Under the pieces are notes generated by a model, which searched no databases, was not told where the DNA came from, and worked only from the letters and a program-made list of their open reading frames with translations. Shown in pieces: positions 24,275-35,966 of a stretch of DNA of 64,000 nucleotides; the first letter of the stretch is position 1, and the number at the start of each line of letters is the position of its first letter. The stretch is from positions 16,802,001 through 16,866,000 of the forward strand of contig OZ059894.1 in NCBI GenBank assembly GCA_964057225.1, in the 5' to 3' direction. Made by a program: the position numbers and the translations under genes. The stretch is from Auanema rhodensis (taxonomy: Eukaryota > Animalia > Nematoda).

Positions 24275-26981
24275 TTATGACAGCTTTTTTTCGCATCGTC
24301 TGCCAGTGAAGCCGTTAGGGCACATACATTTTACTTCTCCTCTCCCAGTTTTTAAACATGTTGAATTGTTTTTACAAAAACCAACACATATATCTAGAAT
24401 AAATGGATTAATCTTGTAATTGAATGAGTTCAATTATACCTGAACATGTGTATCCATTACCAACATATCCAGGCTTGCATTTACATGAATATCTGAAACA
24501 AAATTCTTTTTTGAAACTTTTTTCTATTCAAAATCCTACCTCGGTTTGTTTCCCTCATCTGGTAAATCCATACAAGCGGCTAACCAATGGCAACTATGTT
24601 TTCCAGATTTACATTGATTTGTTGATTGACATTGTATAAGAGAATTAGAGCCTGTAAAAGTATTATAAAATATTTTATTTAAAGAGAGAAAATTATAGTT
24701 TGAACCTGTTTGATAAGTTGTCGTTCCTGTTGGACATGATTTACATAAACGACTATCGTATTCATCTTCATAAGTGCCATAATCGCAAGCATTGCATTGA
24801 AAGGTTGTTATATTTAAAAATGTACCCGGATAACAAGTTCCTAAATTTGATTGCATTGATTTGTTTTCTATGAATTGAGGATAATTCTTAATTTTCATGT
24901 ATATTTCCATAATAATATTGATTCAATATGTCACTGTTCTTTTTTTTTCAGTATTCAACTTTGATTTAAAGAAGTGAAGGGATTAGTCTTACTGATCGTA
25001 CAGTCATCCAAAGATATACTTTCCTCCTTTAAAGTGGTGAGACCTGGAGGACACAGCATACAGACGCTATCTGTAGACGATTTGAACGACCCAATCGGAC
25101 AGCTGACACATTTCTGTCCGTCTGGAGAGCGTTGAGATCCTGTTGGACAATTTTCTGAAAGAAAAGCAGCTTGTCCTCGTTTTTCTGAAGATGAAGAAGA
25201 ACATATTCCATTTCTATTCTTTAAGATTGAAATTGGCATACGTTTTCATTTAAATGGCACAAATGGAATGACGTCATTTTTCTTCCAAATTAATTATCAA
25301 TTGATTAGAAATGATGTTCTATTATTATAACTTATTCTCATTTTAAATTTTCTTATCATAAAGACAAAGAACAGCTTTACTTGTTCTTTTCCAGTGACTA
25401 TCTATTACATGTAACAAGTTTTTGTTTTACTGAAAAAAAAGATGCTTCATGTAACAAACCTAAACAATGATCAATTGATGTAGAATTTAAGTATAATGGA
25501 ACTGTTCCAGGTGGACATGATAAACAGCTAAACATAAATATTAATTTAATACAATAAGAAAAGAAAGCTCACCGATTACTTCCACTTTCTGGCTGATATC
25601 CACGAAAACTACATGGCTCACAGAATTTGGACGCCGAATCATAGAAGAAGCCAGGAGGGCAGATAGCTTAAAACACTTGTTGAACATTGGTTTTAAGTTT
25701 CTATGATGTATATACCATAACAATCAGAATGCTTGATCGCTCCCATAATTGATGTGGTTGTCTTAATCGAATTAAAGCTACAAATCAAATATACGAAATA
25801 AAATTACCAATGGACATTGATGACAAAATACTTGACCAGGCTCAGGTTGATATTCTCCGCGGCCACATATTTGGCATTGTGCTTCATGGAAAAAGTAGCC
25901 TGGTTTGCATTTGCCTATGATACCATTACTATGAAGTATTTTTGATCAAACGAGTGCAAACAATATAAATTATATTCTTTCAAGTTATTGTGATATGTGT
26001 ATCTTGATTGAAACATGAACATGAGATTAGTTTTTGCCTGTAAATATACATAAAATGTAAAATTTATTTATATTGTGTATATGATTAGATATATTGATAA
26101 GAAAGGACAAGTGAATGCTATGAATATTGTTATTACATATAGATATTTGATGGTTATGATGATGTTCATGATGATGATGATGATAATAATGATGATGATT
26201 TTGATAGTGTTTTCTTAAGGTTTTCAAAGTGCAACAAGACGATCAACATCAATAGGTTCACGTTCCACCATTGGTTCATCACGCAATTTAAAATCCTTAC
26301 GGCATTTATCTCCGTCAATAAGTGTAGCTCCCTTATAACAGAAGAATGCTTCGTCAAATGATAATATTGAAGTTGGTTTACCCAAAACCTAAATGATTTC
26401 GTTTTTGGTAATTGTATCATGATCATCTTCTACCTTTAATGCGTTGGTGTATTGGAAAATTCCTCCTTTTAATCCAATTTGGGTGACAACACTAACTGTG
26501 GAAGTGGCATCAACCTTTGCATTCTTGATTGGATCTCTGATATAAAGATAATACTTTAAACATTCTTGAAATAAAGCTACCTTTCAGCAATGAAAGTAAC
26601 ATTGATTCTATACTGAGATGACCCCATAGATTCTCCAGTTACTTGAGCTTTTCCGCAATCATTAGAACTTCTGAAAGTGAAAACATAACAAAAAAATAAT
26701 CTAGAAGAATCTATACCGTTCGCCACCACATATCAGCCAATGCTTGTTAATGAACTTCAATGAAGCTAAGACACTACTTCTCATTACTGAGCTCCATCTT
26801 AAGAAAATAATCAAATTGTGTTAGAAATGTTAACTCACTTTTCAATTTTTTCAATTTCTGCTGTATTAGCATTATCATAATTAATCTGAAGTCTAGCTAC
26901 TCGAACTGCTGGCGAGACAAACTCATCTTGTGTAAATGTAATTTGAACAAGAAATAAAATAGAAAAAATATATTTCAACAT
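24275..26981 (-). CDS. Secreted protein with several GCC2/GCC3 (ephrin-receptor-like Cys) repeats and two C-terminal EGF-like domains
   Basis: TTTCAG then ATG 26981, signal peptide MLKYIFSILFLVQITFT; repeats such as CVSCPIGSFKSSTDSVCMLCPPGLTT and CNACDYGTYEDEYDSRLCKSCPTGTTT; EGF NQCKSGKHSCHWLAACMD...CKPGYVGNG and CMCPNGFTGRRCEKKLS*. Confidence 0.85.
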
Positions 26982-28973
26982 TCTGAAATGAATACATTCT
27001 TGAGTAAATCTAATTAAAGTGAGAAGAAAGTACGAATATTACTATTGAAAATCAAGCTATAAGATTAAGCTTATGCTTAAGAAAGCGATTTGCAATCGCT
27101 TTCAACAAGAGAAGAAGAAGCAATAGCTTTTCTGGGAGGTTTTTGTAGTTCCAGTTCAACTGGTTCGATTGGGCTGTCATCAAGCTGCGAAGCCTCTTAG
27201 TCATGAATAGGAACTCGAATACAGAAGAATACAATGAAATTTAGTTTTTCAAGAATTTTAATAAAAAGATAACAACGTTATGAAAAAATTGAATAAAATC
27301 AAAGACATATGTTAGATAATAAGGAAAAGTAATGAAGTATTGTACTATATATTAGAAATATACGAACCGTTTAAACGATGTGACTGGTATTCAGATAGTA
27401 TACTGTCGCTTAATCCGATTCGAATGTTCCCTTATTTAAAAAATTTGAAAACGTAAAATGAGCTATAAACTAGAAAATAATTAAAAAGTCTGAAATAGAC
27501 TATTGAAGATAATGAGGAAAGTTTTGCTGAAGTTTTGAGATAATAATAGAAATGCTTAAGAAAATCTTTAAATGGAAAGTAGGCGTTAGTTTTTCTAAGT
27601 TGTTCCACCGTCTCATTTCGTGTATAGTTCCAGGAAAGGAGAAAAGAGAGTTAGCAGAATCAAAAGAAGATTTAGGATGATCTGTTACGATCAACAATAG
27701 AATGTGTTCTTACGTAAATAACAGTCACATATCGTTGGTGACATGAAAATGAAATGCAAAAGAAAAGAGATATTCATTGAACGACACACTTTACGATACT
27801 GAAACATATTCTATATATCCAGAATTATGAAAGTTGGCTTCCCCGGGGTTAAATGAAACTTTAAAAAATCATGTGATCAGTATCTGATTGACTACATGTT
27901 ATATGAACATTTGCTTAATTTGAAAACCACAATTACATCAGATTCTCATAATCTAAATCTCTAAACTTAGATAGATTTCCGAACACAATCTGAAGATTAC
28001 TGATCGAGTTTTTCTAAGAAATCTAACTTCTTTAATTCTAAAAACAACGAATGTAGTATTCTTTCAGTATTTTTGATAGTCTTGTTGTAGTAAAATAAAT
28101 ATATTTACATATATTGCTTGTTTAAATTATAATTTGCCATTTATTTAATAAGAAATCCTTGTTTCTTAATATTTATGCAAAAAATATTAACTCATAATAC
28201 TAAATATTTAAATATATTTAAAATTACAAAGATGAAATGAATGATTGTGTTCTAAATTATATTTTTATTTTTTATAATTTCTTATCTATTGCATTTGCTA
28301 TATTAAGCTTGAATTCTTCTTACATCTATTATTTTCGCATGCTTGCAGATGAAAAATTTTTAATTTTTGTTTTGAAAAAAAAATTTAATTTTCAGCAAAG
28401 TAGAACAATGCCGTCTTAACCCATTTATTTTGACTTGTAAAAGTTTTTATATAAAAGAAAAATTAAAATGAATAAATTGAATTCAGATAATAGTAAGAAG
28501 CAGTTTATGAATTTTTTGAAAATATAAGATAATTAGAAAAACCTTATACCTTTTATTGAGGCTTTTATTGATCATATTTGCTTTATGTAAAGTGAGATTA
28601 AGCTTCCAAGCTAAGAAAATAATAACAACTTGTAAATCTTGATAATAGAAATAACTGTTGAATGTTCGACTCATGTTTGAATGGATGAAAAAAAGATGAA
28701 TATTCTATTATAAATTGAAATTTGTAAATAATTGTTATCTAAAAAACATTTATTTATCCTTTTTAAGAACATATATAATATAAAAAATAAACTTTTGCTG
28801 TGGTTATGTTCAGACATTTATTACAAAAGAGATTTTAAAAAATGCATAGAAGCATAAAATTTTGAATTTGACAATGACCCGCAATGAAAATTATGAATAG
28901 TAGGCTGAAGAGGAAGAACTATTAATGTAATTTTTGTACATTTTCATCAAAACCAGAATAAGAAAATTCATGC

Positions 28974-29816
28974 TCAAGCGACATAATTAATAAGTTCTGC
29001 CTCATCTAGATTTGTAAATAATGTGGTTTGACTAGATAAAAGCTGACTGTTTCCTAGATTGATAACTGCGATCTCTTCTACTTGATTACTTTTTCTATAA
29101 TAATAAGTTGGTGTTGTTTTTTTGAGAAAATAACTTTTTACCTTGTGTCTTTAATATTAATTCTCTTATCCATTCCAGTTCTATGGATAGTAGTCTTAGA
29201 AATTGCGTATAATCCAAAGAATGCATGAAGAAATGTAACTAAAATCGGAAACAAAATGAAAACTATTCTTATAAAGTATTCAGACCTGTGGCTAATGTCA
29301 AACTAATTCCAAGCTTTGCATGTGGGAAAAAGTTTCCAACAACTAGAAGACAGGAACACATAATTCTCTTAAATTTTTAATTTTTAATATCAATTAATTG
29401 AATAACACATACAAAAAACACCATTAATAATGTGAGAAGCATAAACCGTAGTAAACTAGGTCGACAATTCATTGCCACTCCCTATAAGGTAAATGTAGAA
29501 TTATTATAATATTATATTCTCATATTCACCTTATTAAGATAAATTAAGGCTGAGAGAGATCCACAACTGGATGAAAGGATCAGTAAACTTGGAAGCCATA
29601 ATAACAAAGAAACATGTGGTTGCACCAAACCTATACCAGCCAATAAAATGCAAAGTAAAATCTGAAATGTTTTGAAATAAAACAAATTTGAAAAGAATTA
29701 TCAATAAAATTATAAATTCATAAAAAAGTTGAAAATGAACTCACAAAAATCAATTCGGTATAGAATATAGAATTTAGAGGCGGTTTGGTGTTTTTCTTAA
29801 CTTCCGGATTAATCAT
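28974..29816 (-). CDS. Small hypothetical membrane protein with ~4 TM segments (~190 aa, 6 exons)
   Basis: In-phase GT-AG splicing gives MINPEVKK...FYTELIF|ILLCILLAGIGLVQPHVSLLLWLPSLLILSSSCGSLSALIYLNK|GVAMNCRPSLLRFMLLTLLMVFF|RIMCSCLLVVGNFF...|VTFLHAFFGLYAIS...|...ELINYVA*. An upstream exon is possible. Confidence 0.7.
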
Positions 29817-31406
29817 GGCGACATCTAGAATTATATATTAATATTCAAGGAAATATTAAAATAAAATCGAGTAGAACACGAAAATTGTTTGGCTGACAAA
29901 ATATAAGCGACACAAGAGCAAAGGACAGATGGTCAATTGAAGTGAAAGAGCATCACAGAAACTGATAGATAATCTTGGCTTAGCATACCCAACTTGCCAT
30001 TCTTGTATTTGTGAGTGAATGGTTTCTAGACGAGATAAACAAAGCAAGGTACAAAGTGAAAATAAATTTGATGGAATAAACAACAAGTATACTTAGAAGA
30101 GTATATAGATTTGTATACATACAGACTAGATAACATGAAATATTCAGTTAGGATGCCTAAATTGAAACAACTTCAAAAATAGTAATACTGGCACAGAGCA
30201 GAGGGAGTCGAAAACGATTGGAGGAAGGCTTGAAAGCAATGAAAAAAAAATTTAGAGATCCAATTACATAGATATTCATATTTTCCCAGACTTTATATTT
30301 CAACTGATATTCATAATAGAAAAAAACGAAGAAAGACACTAATTTAAAAGAATTTGTTCTTTTCGTATGTGCAGTTATAATGTTATTTTGAGAAAAAGAA
30401 ACGTATAATGATTGTCTTGTAAATACTCTTGGTTCATGAGAACTGAAAATATAACAGCATAGCATCAGAAGAAGACGAAGAAGAAAACAGGATGAAAATG
30501 TACACGAAAAGACAAATTGACTTCAAAACATGTGTGTTTCGTTAGATTTTCTGAAGTCCGTAGACGTTCGCCCGTCAGCTGGCTCAATAACTTTGTTGTA
30601 GCTTTTGCAAGAACTGAGAAAAAGAATCAAATCTTGAACTGAAAGTAAGATCTGTGAGAAAACGTTGGTGTTCATAACATCAGGCATGTGTAAATAGAGC
30701 TTTTATATTGAGCATAATGTTGTTTTTTTAAGCGCGAGTAAATTCTATGAAGTTTAAATTGGGCATTTATGTTAAATTAATATATTGAAGTAAAAGCTAT
30801 TTGAATTTGAAAGTTTTGAAATGAATGTCTAGCTTGAACATAAGCAAAAAAGATTAACATCAATTGAATATATCAAATTTGCTACTCTCTATGATGGTTT
30901 GATGAGCCGAGTGGAACTAGTACACACTCACGAAACGAACGACCATGAGCCGTTTCATCGTCAACAGATTGCCTTTTTCTGCTTCTCTATGTTCTATGTT
31001 GTTATTGAGCTCTCTAGCTTAAACAACGCACAAGCAGTTCCATGTGCTCTTGCTTGGAAAAGCTTCTCAGATGCGGCATATAGCCCAATCTTCATATTTT
31101 TGTTATTTTTTATATATGACTAGAGGTATTCGTGCAATATTCATATGATTTTTCTGATAATATTTATGTTAATTACATATTATATTAGTTGAAATTTATA
31201 TTTTCCCAACTTATTTGATTCATGTGAAATATGAAATAACTATATGTTATGAAGGGAAGACAGATATGAAAAAAATACAGAAAATAAGGATGTTGGAAAG
31301 AAAGCAAATATAGAAATGCGTGAATGAAATAAAAGAAAAAACAAAGGAAATGCTGGAAATAAAAGAGAATGAGGATGAAAAGAAAAAGCAACCGTCGATG
31401 AGGCTA

Positions 31407-31474
31407 TAACGTGAAAACGACACCGAGATTTCTCACGTGAACATTTCACGTAAAACACGTATTATTGACGTCAA
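31407..31474. promoter_or_regulatory. Cluster of five ACGT-core motifs, including TCACGTGA (E-box/CLEAR) and TGACGTCA (CRE)
   Basis: taACGTga, tcACGTga (31433-31440), tcACGTaa, acACGTta, tgACGTca (31467-31474) within 70 bp of AT-rich intergenic DNA. Confidence 0.4.
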
Positions 31475-31989
31475 ATTCAAATAGAGTTGGAATCATTGTT
31501 GTATAAAAAACTAGATAAATATATGTACATAGAGAAAAATGAATATATAGGAGGTATAAGTGAGAGAGGGTGAGAAAAGGGGTGGAAATAGACTAATTCA
31601 GTGCAGCTGTTAGACCAAATATAAGCCTTTATTTGGTAATCAATATCTCATTATGTATTCGACATAACCTACAAAGCTGTGTTAAATACATTATCCTAAA
31701 TAAGGATTTTCTACAAGTTTCATAATGCATTTAGAGGATGTTAGATAAACGATAAATGCTCAAATGATGGATGATGAATGATATAAAAGATTGATTGAGA
31801 ATGAAGAAGATTCGTATCGCGAAGAGTCGCAGAGAATAATATTTGAGATTAAGTTATGAGAGAAAACTAAAAAAGTAAATTGTTTTTTTTTCAAACTGGA
31901 AATGAGGTTATAATTGCCTTTTTCTCCTTATAAATACTATTATTTTTAAATTTTTAAAGAAAAACAAAAAAGGAAAAAGGTTTTCTCGA

Positions 31990-33672
31990 ATAGAACCATC
32001 ACGAAAGCTTTTTTTTATATGGTTATAAAGAGGTGTGACCTCTATGGAAAAAAAAAGAAAACCGGCCAGGTTTCAGAGAGAAATACATAAAAAGTATACT
32101 TTAGAAAATTTTGATTTATGAAAGAAAATGACAAAAATTGGTTAAAAAAAGATATGAAATTTTACAGAGCATGCGGTAAAAGTTCGCAAGATTATACCAA
32201 CTTTTCAATTACGAAACCAGAAATAGAATATAATGAAATTGAACGAATAAAAACTGTGGATAAATGGAAGAACATGTTGAATTATGAATTCTCATTGAAG
32301 AACTATTGAAAGGAAAATTAATAGCCGACTGAATTATGTATGTTCGGAACTGTGCGTGAGAGAGAAAACAGGAGAGATATGCATATGAGGCAAGAAGATT
32401 GTCATATATAATAAGACCTGAATTAATGGATATAAAATTCAAAAATCTTTTTCAACAATAATAACAACAATAACAACAACAACAACAACAACAAGATCTT
32501 CATATCCATGAATAAACAACATTATCTGATATTTTATCCTTTTTTTTTCTTAAACAAACCTAAAAAGGTATCAAATATGTCGATATTGTCGAGTAGATGG
32601 AATCGATAATCGACAACCTTAATTGTTGTTCGAAGAAAGAGAAGAAAATGACAGTCTGAGAATGAAGAGTAACGAGGACGTAAATGAGACAGTTTGAAAT
32701 TAGAAAGATGAATGAGAGAAAAGAGAATTTTCTCCAATATAATGAAAAAGACAGAAGTGAGAAACATGAAAATTAAGGCAATGGATCACTCATTTGCAGC
32801 ATGGCATGATGTAAAGGATTGGTAACGTTCATTATATAGTTTTCTTATTTTAAATTAAAGTTATAATTGTTAATGCTCGTTAATATACTATATACTAGTA
32901 CAATAGTATTCAAGGTTACCTTCGATATTTGTTCGAAAATAATAAATAAGATTCGTAAGAATAGAAATAGAGAGTAGAAGGCTGAATATTTAATAGAGCA
33001 TGATTTTTCCAATCTACATATATACACATTCATACAAAGTATATTAATCATTTAACTACTGCATGAGAAAGAGGAGTGAGAGAAGGAGCAATAGAGGGGT
33101 GAAAACATACATATATCGAGTAATTAAATTTGAACATCAAAATATTACAAAAGACGCCCTTTAATCCAATTTAAAATGTTTTATTATATATTTTATTAAA
33201 TAATTTTAAAAACAGAATAAAAAAAATAATAAGACAAGATGATTCAAATAATAATACATAACCTTATTTTAACTCAACTATATAATTTATGGTGAATGTA
33301 AAAGAGACAGTTCAATAAAGGTAGTCAAATAGGGCTATTGATTCAACGAAGCTTCTCAATACCGGCGTCAAAGCGTAGATCGAACAAATAGAAAACGAGA
33401 ATTGTAAGAGAGAGGATAGTAGACTTCTTCACGCAATCTTTGCATATATTGACCCGTTCCTTTCCTTATTGTTCTGATGCTAAGAAATTACACAAGATGC
33501 ATACAATTCTTATTTTGAATGTTCCCAAAAATATTCTATTCTGTATCCTAAAATCAGTGCCAACGGCTCATTTCTTCATCACGAATTTGAAGGTTGTAGT
33601 TTACCTGGTAGCTCGTTCAAGTGCAATCATAATCCTGATGAGTTACCTTAATTCCGAGTGTTAAAGAAGAAA
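31990..33672 (+). pseudogene. Decayed inverted paralog of the Zn-knuckle gene at 35967-41628
   Basis: 33595-33672 reads CSLPGSSFKCNHNPDELP*FRVLKKK vs CGLPGDSFKCNRYPDELSKFQILKKN in the gene (62/78 nt identical by hand count, in-frame TAA). 32040-32440 has weaker, frameshifted similarity to exon 1 (KKDMKFYRACGK vs KKSIQFYVYAGR; ERYAYEARRLSYIIRPE vs KRYDYRRVMALLSMPE). Confidence 0.65.
32453..32493. repeat. (AAC/AAT)n microsatellite
   Basis: caacaataataacaacaataacaacaacaacaacaacaac read directly. Confidence 0.85.
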
Positions 33673-34164
33673 AACACAAAAAACAATATTTTATTTTGAA
33701 ACAACATAAAGAAGATAAGAACTGTGAGAATTTATGACTTTTCTGCGTAAAAAATTCTCAAATAATAATACTATTTGAATCTATATTACTAAGAATTCCC
33801 CCCCCATCCAAGTTTTGTAGCCCAACATAGAAAATTATCACCAAATACCATGCCATCACTAACTTATATTATAAAATACAGAAATTCCTAAGTTTTAAGT
33901 AATGAATTTACATTTCATAATAAATCTTTTGAATGAAACTTATTGAATCAAGGATATACTAATAAATACTTACATTTTCTTAATATATTATACTCAATCA
34001 TGTGACAACTATTTAATAGATTCAAATAATAAATTACATTTGTTTACTTATTGGTTACAAATGAACTAACAAATTTATAACTATACGTGAAACATGTTTG
34101 TTATGAATCAGAATCTCTCACATTTAAGATGAGCAATTTAGATGGTGTCGTATTTGACTAAGTG

Positions 34165-34288
34165 ACTGATAAGACAAACAACTGAACTGCAACCTGAAAA
34201 TATTAACAATTTGGATGTTTTTTCTAAACAAGATTACCGTTTTGATAAAAGACTCCAAAGATAACACCTGATAAAAGATTGTATAAAA
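34165..34288 (+). promoter_or_regulatory. GATA-site cluster plus TATA box upstream of the peptide precursor gene
   Basis: ACTGATAAG 34165-34173, TGATAA 34243, AGATAA 34259, TGATAA 34269, TATAAAA 34282; ATG at 34340. Confidence 0.6.
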
Positions 34289-34339
34289 CATGAGAAATTC
34301 GAGTTTAAATCATATTTTTTTAATCAGCGCATCAACACT

Positions 34340-34948
34340 ATGAAAAGAATAGTCGTTAAATCCATTTTGATTGTCCTATTATACGCAACATGCTCAAGTT
34401 GTGAAAAGGGTTAGTTTTATACTTTTTTCTAATATAGTTTGCTTCATCGGATCGCCTTTAAAAAATATTTTATAGATTCAACCAATGAAACGGAACCAAT
34501 CACTTCATTAAATGCAACATTAATCAGCCCCACTCCATCCAATACAACTTCTGATGACAATATTACAGCTAGTACAAATCCGACTTCAGAGTTAGCTAAA
34601 GAAATGGATGCTGATATTTCCAAAATAATGAGCAAAATGGAAGAAATGGTGGATATACTTGATGATTGGAAGAGTATTGAGCTTATGGCCCAATCTATTT
34701 TTGAAATAGATCCAACTCTGGCTGAACCAGATGAAGACAACGATATTCAAAACGAAGAATCTTCTGACTCTGATACACCTCATATACGTGAAAAAAGAGG
34801 GGGAAAATTTTTGAAAAAGGTAAAGAAAATATTCAAGAAGGCATTATCCTGCTACATTTCGAGAAAAAAGAGATCTATAGATCTCAAACCACGCAAAAGT
34901 CCTGTTTTCATAGACACATCTTTTCATAAAAAACCTCTTTCAAATTGA
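34340..34948 (+). CDS. Secreted prepropeptide: signal peptide, acidic pro-region, REKR-GGKFLKKVKKIFKKALSCYIS-RKKR, basic tail (candidate antimicrobial peptide precursor)
   Basis: Exon 34340-34409 (MKRIVVKSILIVLLYATCSSCEK, donor GTTAGT) splices in phase to 34476-34948; two R-x-K-R furin sites flank a 21-aa peptide with 7 Lys and no acidic residue. Confidence 0.8.
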
Positions 34949-35966
34949 AATGGAATATTAAAATTGTTGTATATAAAATTTTAATCAATAAATATTATAT
35001 ATGTAAATATGTTATCGCTAGATTCAAAAAATCCAACGAAGCAATGAAACCAAATCAAATAATAAATACGTCTTTGACAAAGATATTAATTTACGATGTT
35101 TTTTTATTGGATCTGTTTTCATTTTCACATTATTATGCATTACACCGGTTGTACCTTAAATCATGTACTTTTAAGAAGAGATGAAACTAAGTTTGAACCT
35201 GAATCTATCCCTTGTTTTGTGGTTACGGTTACGATTGTTTTCATAAATAATCCTATGAAATGGTTTTAAATTATTTTATCAGTTGTTGTTTCCAGCCAAT
35301 TTTAGTTCGATTGATTTTGTTTGGTTCTGAGCTACTTCCAGCAGCGCACTTCTTAACTAATCAAAAGTTGGATGTGATTGTATAGTGTATGATATGAGTT
35401 CAAAATAAAATTGTACAATTTACTCATAGGATTATTCGAATCATATTTTTGCACTCCAACATACTAATTGTTCTGATTTTAAGTAAAAAATATAAGAAAT
35501 GTGATCTGGTAAAATTTCATAAACTGAAAAGGAAATACCTGAGAGAAATTCTCATTACGTTTCTCATTTAACTATAATTTAAAGAAGTTTTAATAAAGCT
35601 ATTGTCATAATCTAGGTTGTATACAGTTCCGTCCATCTTATAGTTTTTACTGTTAGAGCGGTTCTTGTCAAAACTGCTTCAACAAGTTTGCTGATTGTCG
35701 TTGGATATTAACGTTATTAAGGTCTATGTGTGAATCAGAAGATCTATAACACATAGTTATCACAAATAAATTTCCAAATACTAATGTTTCATTATTTATT
35801 TTCTATAATTATATTTGTATTTCGAATGATAAAATTATGTGCAATTATGAGAAGGTATAAAATAATGATATAGTTCCTAACATTATAAAACAAATGCAAC
35901 AAAAAAGGCAATGATTGTAACAATAATCAGACAAGAAACAGATCTTTCAAGAGCAAAAAAATGGAA

